NCBI GenBank assembly: GCA_963778115.1
Contig: CAVZSV010000004.1
Span: 2,176,001-2,240,000, forward strand
Length of the DNA stretch: 64,000 bases
Source: an uncultured delta proteobacterium
GTDB taxonomy: Bacteria; Bdellovibrionota; FAC87; UBA2466
Direction: 5' to 3'
Shown here: positions 59,856-64,000 of the stretch, one piece after another
Layout: each line of letters begins with the position of its first letter
Position numbering within the stretch: the stretch's first letter is position 1
Translations under genes and position numbers: made by a program
The notes under the pieces: model-generated
The model's database searches: none
What the model was told of the DNA's origin: nothing
The model's input: the letters and a program-made list of their open reading frames with translations, nothing else

Positions 59856-61355
59856 TCATGTTCCGTAGAGTAGGATTTCGGAAACCTGACCTTGAGTTGG
59901 TCTGGTTTCGATATATTTTGCGGGAACCCCACCCCAAATTTCAAATGAAGGTACCGACTTGGTGACGACACTCCCGGCTGCAATGATCGCTCCCTTGCCG
60001 ATGGTAACGCCAGGAAGAATGGTCACGTGAGGGCCGATCCAGACGCCGTCCTCGATCGTCACGGCAGACCCAGTATGTCCCTGGCGTACGAAGGGAAAAT
60101 CCGGGCTACGAAAATTATGATTTCCGGAGCTAATGTGGGTATACGCTCCGACCAAGACATCTTCTCCAATGGTGATCGGCTGAAAAGCGTTTAAAAAACA
60201 ATTTCGACCTAGATAGCATTCGCTTCCGATTTTGACGCTTGGGTTACCTCCTTCGGCTGGTGAAATCCGAATGGACAGATCCCTTTCTATCTCGACACGT
60301 TCTCCCAGGTCTATACAGCCCCAGGGCTTTGATCTGCCGTAGCTTTCTAACGATGAAGGTAAGCGGCACCCTCTCGCCTGCATTTTGCTAAACCATATTT
60401 TTCGAGCTCGTCTCGCAACCCAAGCGTTGGCAAATCTTCGCATGGGGCGATAAACTTTTCTGACAGGTGTTAATAGAAAACGGAAAATCGTTTGCCAGGG
60501 CCCGGGCGCACCCTCGCGATATTGTTTCACTCCATATTTCTTACCCACGCGCCATACCAGAAATCGATGACGGTCATACTGATGAAGTACGGCGGGGACT
60601 AACCCCGCGCGGTTTGTCATTCGCCCGCGAAAATTCCGTTCCATGTTCCCAGTTCGATAGCCCAAAGTTAACACTGGACTGTTTTCGTTTTCGAAGAAAT
60701 GAATCCGAGGCAAAAGCCTATGATGGAGAATGTAGTTATGAACCGCTTGATCTGCGCCCGGAGCGCTTACTTTGTAACGGTACATCAGTTCTAGCATCTT
60801 ATCCAAATAATCCCGGATGCCTTTTGCCGTTCCGTAGGTGGTTCCCGAGCAAGAGATACTTTTATCTTTTAGTATTTTTAGCGCGTCGTCTCCGAACGAG
60901 GTCTTCATCCACGAGGAGTTACTCGGGCATTTTCCGATAGTCCATTTCGAGTCCTCGATGGTGAACCAAAGGTCTGCCTCAGGGAAGTCGGTAGCGAAAG
61001 GATTGGCTTGAAAAACGACGTCGCGAACATCAGTGAGTAAGATCTTATGGAAAGCGGGCTCGAAGGAGTTCAAATACATTCTTATAACCGCGTATCGCGA
61101 AGAGTTCACCGAAACGGATTCTAAAAAGGGAGGGTCATCAAGCGCATTGGGTGTCAATAAAGGAGAAAAGGGATATTTCAGAGTGATAGGAATTAGCTCG
61201 ATGTTGAGTCTTCTAAGCCAATCTCCGCTCTTATATGTGTCGGGATCGCAAAATATAATCGTCCGACCCTCGAATTTTGTTGCCGCTAAGGAAAGCGCAA
61301 AAGGACGCAAGAGGGCGGGAGCGTATCCATGGGCAAAACCGATGATGAGATTCAT
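59856..61355 (-). CDS. fusion: GT-A-like domain plus left-handed beta-helix O-acetyltransferase
   Basis: N-terminal 'LLTDVRDVVFQANPF', 'SCSGTTYG', 'ADQAVHNY', 'VLHQYDR'; C-terminal 'VTIEDGVWIG..VTILPGVTIGKGAIIAAGSVVTKSVP..IWGGVPAK'. Confidence 0.8.
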   Translation of the reverse strand: MNLIIGFAHGYAPALLRPFALSLAATKFEGRTIIFCDPDTYKSGDWLRRLNIELIPITLKYPFSPLLTPNALDDPPFLESVSVNSSRYAVIRMYLNSFEPAFHKILLTDVRDVVFQANPFATDFPEADLWFTIEDSKWTIGKCPSNSSWMKTSFGDDALKILKDKSISCSGTTYGTAKGIRDYLDKMLELMYRYKVSAPGADQAVHNYILHHRLLPRIHFFENENSPVLTLGYRTGNMERNFRGRMTNRAGLVPAVLHQYDRHRFLVWRVGKKYGVKQYREGAPGPWQTIFRFLLTPVRKVYRPMRRFANAWVARRARKIWFSKMQARGCRLPSSLESYGRSKPWGCIDLGERVEIERDLSIRISPAEGGNPSVKIGSECYLGRNCFLNAFQPITIGEDVLVGAYTHISSGNHNFRSPDFPFVRQGHTGSAVTIEDGVWIGPHVTILPGVTIGKGAIIAAGSVVTKSVPSFEIWGGVPAKYIETRPTQGQVSEILLYGT

Positions 61356-61722
61356 TGATACGCTTATCGGAGTTAATTCGAGATGTAATAAGTGAAGAGA
61401 CTACTGCGAAGTCACTGGCTTAGGTGCCAGGTGGCGAATTTCCCGGTCGTGCTTACATTGTGCTGCAATGCCATACCGTACCCACGTAGAAGCATTCCCT
61501 GCTCCTCGATTCAACGTCTGTTAACACGGGTTCATTTTACCCTTCGACGTGTCGATAATAATGAAGGGAACCTTGTATTTGATGTTTGATAGGCTCATCG
61601 CGTTAAAACTTAGGCTACGTCTGTGCCTCGCCCCTTCCGCGAAAAAGAACAAAGGGAGCGAACGGCCCCCCATGAACGGTGGGAATAAGGACGCAGAGTT
61701 CTACGAGTAACGAGGAACCACA

Positions 61723-62775
61723 GTGAAATTGTTGTCTAGAATACGAGGGGAAAAAAGAATTAGAACGCCAACCGATGATTGGAGTTGCTCTTCGTTTTCC
61801 AGGCGAGAGTACGTGCTATATGCAATCGTGTCTTCGATATATGCCTTCAAGAATTGGTTGTCCCGATTATTCTTGCGCAGACCGCTAAGAATTTGTATCG
61901 CAGCTATCGTTAAGAACGAAGAGCATGATCTACTAGAATGGGTAGCCTACCACCGAGTGATTGGAGTGGACTCATTTCTCATTTATGACAATGACTCAAA
62001 TGACGGAACCATCGATCTGCTAAAAAATTTCGAAAAGTTAGGGTTCGTCAGGGTCATCCGGTGGCCTCGCAAAGAAGGGATCACCCCGCAAATAACTTTT
62101 ATGAAGGATTCATTCTGGCGGATCCTTAACTTTGACTGGGTACTTTATCTCGATGCGGACGAGTTTCTGGTGCTCCATAAACATGAAACCGTCCAAGAAT
62201 TCTTTGCAGCCGTTAGAAACTCCTCAGCCGTGATCTTTAACTGGCGACTCTTCGGTTCTTCGGGCCACATTAAGCAAGATTCCCGACCTCTCATAGAAAA
62301 GTTCACCCTTTGCTCTCCCAGAGATTATTATGCGCAATTTCATTTTAAGACAGCGATTCGTCCCTGGAAGAGTCGATGTCGAGCGAGAGATCCCCATACC
62401 ATCTTTACTCGGGGAAGAACGGTTTATCCAGACGGTACGCAGGCAACGGAGGCCGATTTGAATATTGGTGAACGACTAGAGAAGCGCCAAGGCCACATTT
62501 CATTCAGTACCGCCCAACTTAATCATTACCATGTAAAGTCCAAAGAGGAATTTGTAAGGAAGGTGTTGCGTGGTCGTGCAGATCAGTCAAATCGAAGAGT
62601 GTTCGATGATGCCGGAATTGAGGCGCTCTTCGCGAAACGCGATCTAAATACGGAGCGAGATACCTCGATCCAAAGACATTTAGTGGCAACAAAAACGATG
62701 ATGGCAGAAGTCCTTAGCGCGCTCTCAAGGCCTGTTGAGAATTCGGCCAAGAAGGCGGAGAGAAAAATCGCATAG
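61723..62775 (+). CDS. GT2-like (Glyco_tranf_2_4/GT92-like) glycosyltransferase, paralog of 56786..57853
   Basis: 'IVKNEEHDLLEWVAYH', 'WVLYLDADEFL', 'WRLFG', 'AQLNHYHVKSKEEF..K..RG'. Confidence 0.85.
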   Translation: MKLLSRIRGEKRIRTPTDDWSCSSFSRREYVLYAIVSSIYAFKNWLSRLFLRRPLRICIAAIVKNEEHDLLEWVAYHRVIGVDSFLIYDNDSNDGTIDLLKNFEKLGFVRVIRWPRKEGITPQITFMKDSFWRILNFDWVLYLDADEFLVLHKHETVQEFFAAVRNSSAVIFNWRLFGSSGHIKQDSRPLIEKFTLCSPRDYYAQFHFKTAIRPWKSRCRARDPHTIFTRGRTVYPDGTQATEADLNIGERLEKRQGHISFSTAQLNHYHVKSKEEFVRKVLRGRADQSNRRVFDDAGIEALFAKRDLNTERDTSIQRHLVATKTMMAEVLSALSRPVENSAKKAERKIA

Positions 62776-63003
62776 TTCGAGTCTGGATCCACACTCGCGC
62801 CCTTGGGGCGCAGGAACTAAAGAGATATTAGAAACTTCAACGGCGAATGTCTTTGGTGCATGAATGCCAAAACCTCCCCATTGAAATGATAAAGAGCAAG
62901 TTAGGTTAGCAAATCGTTCATGGCAACCAAGGCCTACTGATACGAGTGGCGTCGATAAGAGAACTGAATTCGCTGGGGGTGCCTGGCCGCAGGTACTGGG
63001 AGA

Positions 63004-63034
63004 AGGCACCACCCGGATTCGAACCGGGGAGTAA
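63004..63034 (-). mobile_element. orphan tRNA-Cys 3' half, attR-like integration scar
   Basis: Minus strand TTACTC-CCCGG-TTCGAAT-CCGGG-TGGTGCC-T: T-arm, 3' acceptor strand and U discriminator, with no 5' half or anticodon arm upstream. Confidence 0.65.
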
Positions 63035-63068
63035 GCAACCTAAAGATGACCAGTCGATTAGCGTCGGG

Positions 63069-63998
63069 CTAACGCACCAGCTTCGGTTCCACGACATCCA
63101 GAACATCACCAATATCGCTCCCCTCCCCGAAATTGACATCGAATGTTAGTTTCTTGGTGCCAGTGATAGGTAACGAGAGCATCTTGGCAGCCTCCTTACC
63201 GGAAATGGGTTCGTCAAAGATCGTTTTCCCATCGGCTTGGATGGTGAGTCTGACGTGACCGATCGGTCTTGAATTATCATTGATTCCTACTTTGGCCTTA
63301 AAGAGACGAAAGTCTTCTTTTAATCGAAACGTCGAACGGGTGTGGCTTCGAAACGACACTCCGTTGCGGTACGTTTTTCCATCCAATTTAAGAGGACCAT
63401 AGAACGAGCGTTCCCATCGAGGGAGCGCATCGGATTCGACAGTGGTGTCGGGCTTTGCGCCCACATCGAAATAGGGTTTCACCTCCGTCTCCGGACGTTC
63501 TAAGTCGGTCAGTCTCACATTAGTGGCTACCGAATAGTCGAGGGTACACACATCGGAAGAGTCTAGGGAGAGCGTTTCTCCCGACGGCGTCGTGATTCTA
63601 ACTTTGTCTTCCGTCATGCTCAGAGCAATGGCGGGAATTCTACTCCCCTCGGCGTCTACCACAATCAAAGCGGGTTTGGGGAACGGCTTTTCTAGTTTTC
63701 TTCGAAAAAATTGGATGGCGGTCACTTTCTCCCGTTTCGCCGGAAAGACTTCACCGTCAACTTCAAAACCAATACTGTTGTCCGAGACGTCGAGTACAAT
63801 GCCGTCGAGGTAGTCGAGGGCGGTCTTTTTCTTGAGGATCAGGCGATCCGACGGTGACTGGCTCTTCAAGATTTTCTCTTCTTCCACTTGCTCCGCCGGC
63901 TCGAGGGGTTTCAATCTGGCGAAAACGAGACGCCGCTTGTCGACCTCAATTGGCGTGGAGGGCTTTCGGGGGGTGTTCTCAGGCTCCTCGGTCCGCGA
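63069..63998 (-). CDS. NPCBM/NEW2 domain protein (5'-truncated by window edge)
   Basis: 'PLKLDGKTYRNGVSFRS....F.L...F..FKAKVGIND....G.V...I.ADGK...KKLTF.V.FG...D.GD......PKL'. The frame is open to the window end. Confidence 0.78.
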   Translation of the reverse strand, partial: SRTEEPENTPRKPSTPIEVDKRRLVFARLKPLEPAEQVEEEKILKSQSPSDRLILKKKTALDYLDGIVLDVSDNSIGFEVDGEVFPAKREKVTAIQFFRRKLEKPFPKPALIVVDAEGSRIPAIALSMTEDKVRITTPSGETLSLDSSDVCTLDYSVATNVRLTDLERPETEVKPYFDVGAKPDTTVESDALPRWERSFYGPLKLDGKTYRNGVSFRSHTRSTFRLKEDFRLFKAKVGINDNSRPIGHVRLTIQADGKTIFDEPISGKEAAKMLSLPITGTKKLTFDVNFGEGSDIGDVLDVVEPKLVR

Positions 63999-64000
63999 AC

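Noticed and set aside
61392..61589. 65-aa ORF between divergent GT genes
   Set aside because: No RBS or motif; the region is more likely a divergent promoter region.
63155..63161. Minus-strand GGCACCA as a possible 5' half of a split or intron-containing tRNA-Cys
   Set aside because: It is not followed by a D-arm or anticodon and lies inside the NPCBM coding sequence.

Overview
A 64-kb stretch of a diderm bacterial chromosome. Gene content suggests an uncultured Bdellovibrionota/deltaproteobacteria-like organism: a TIGR02147-like protein, ispE-spoVG, a PilM-type GspL and a deltaproteobacterial-looking 16S (inference). About 1-39 kb is mostly core: envelope/LPS genes (DUF3108, GT2, lpxH), cmk, ispE, spoVG, the rpsF-ssb/priB-rpsR-DUF2232-rplI operon, a complete rrn operon (16S-tRNA-Ile-23S-5S), lepB, a ROK kinase, an ABC exporter, two tandem DegT aminotransferases, a 12-gene type II secretion operon (gspCDEFGHIJKLMN, minus strand), DUF309, a CDF transporter and yjbQ. 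About 39.5-56.7 kb is an accessory region around tRNA-Lys(CTT), rich in orphan exported proteins and lipoproteins. About 56.8-62.8 kb is a five-gene glycosyltransferase cluster, followed by an orphan tRNA-Cys 3' half (att-like) and a truncated NPCBM-domain gene. The main signal is that correctly spaced sigma-54 (-24/-12) boxes precede the T2SS operon and three orphan exported-protein genes, suggesting a co-regulated secretion-plus-cargo regulon. Three ORF pairs and the tRNA-Ile each appear one base short at a homopolymer, which points to long-read indel errors or slippage. No CRISPR array, transposase or integrase was seen.
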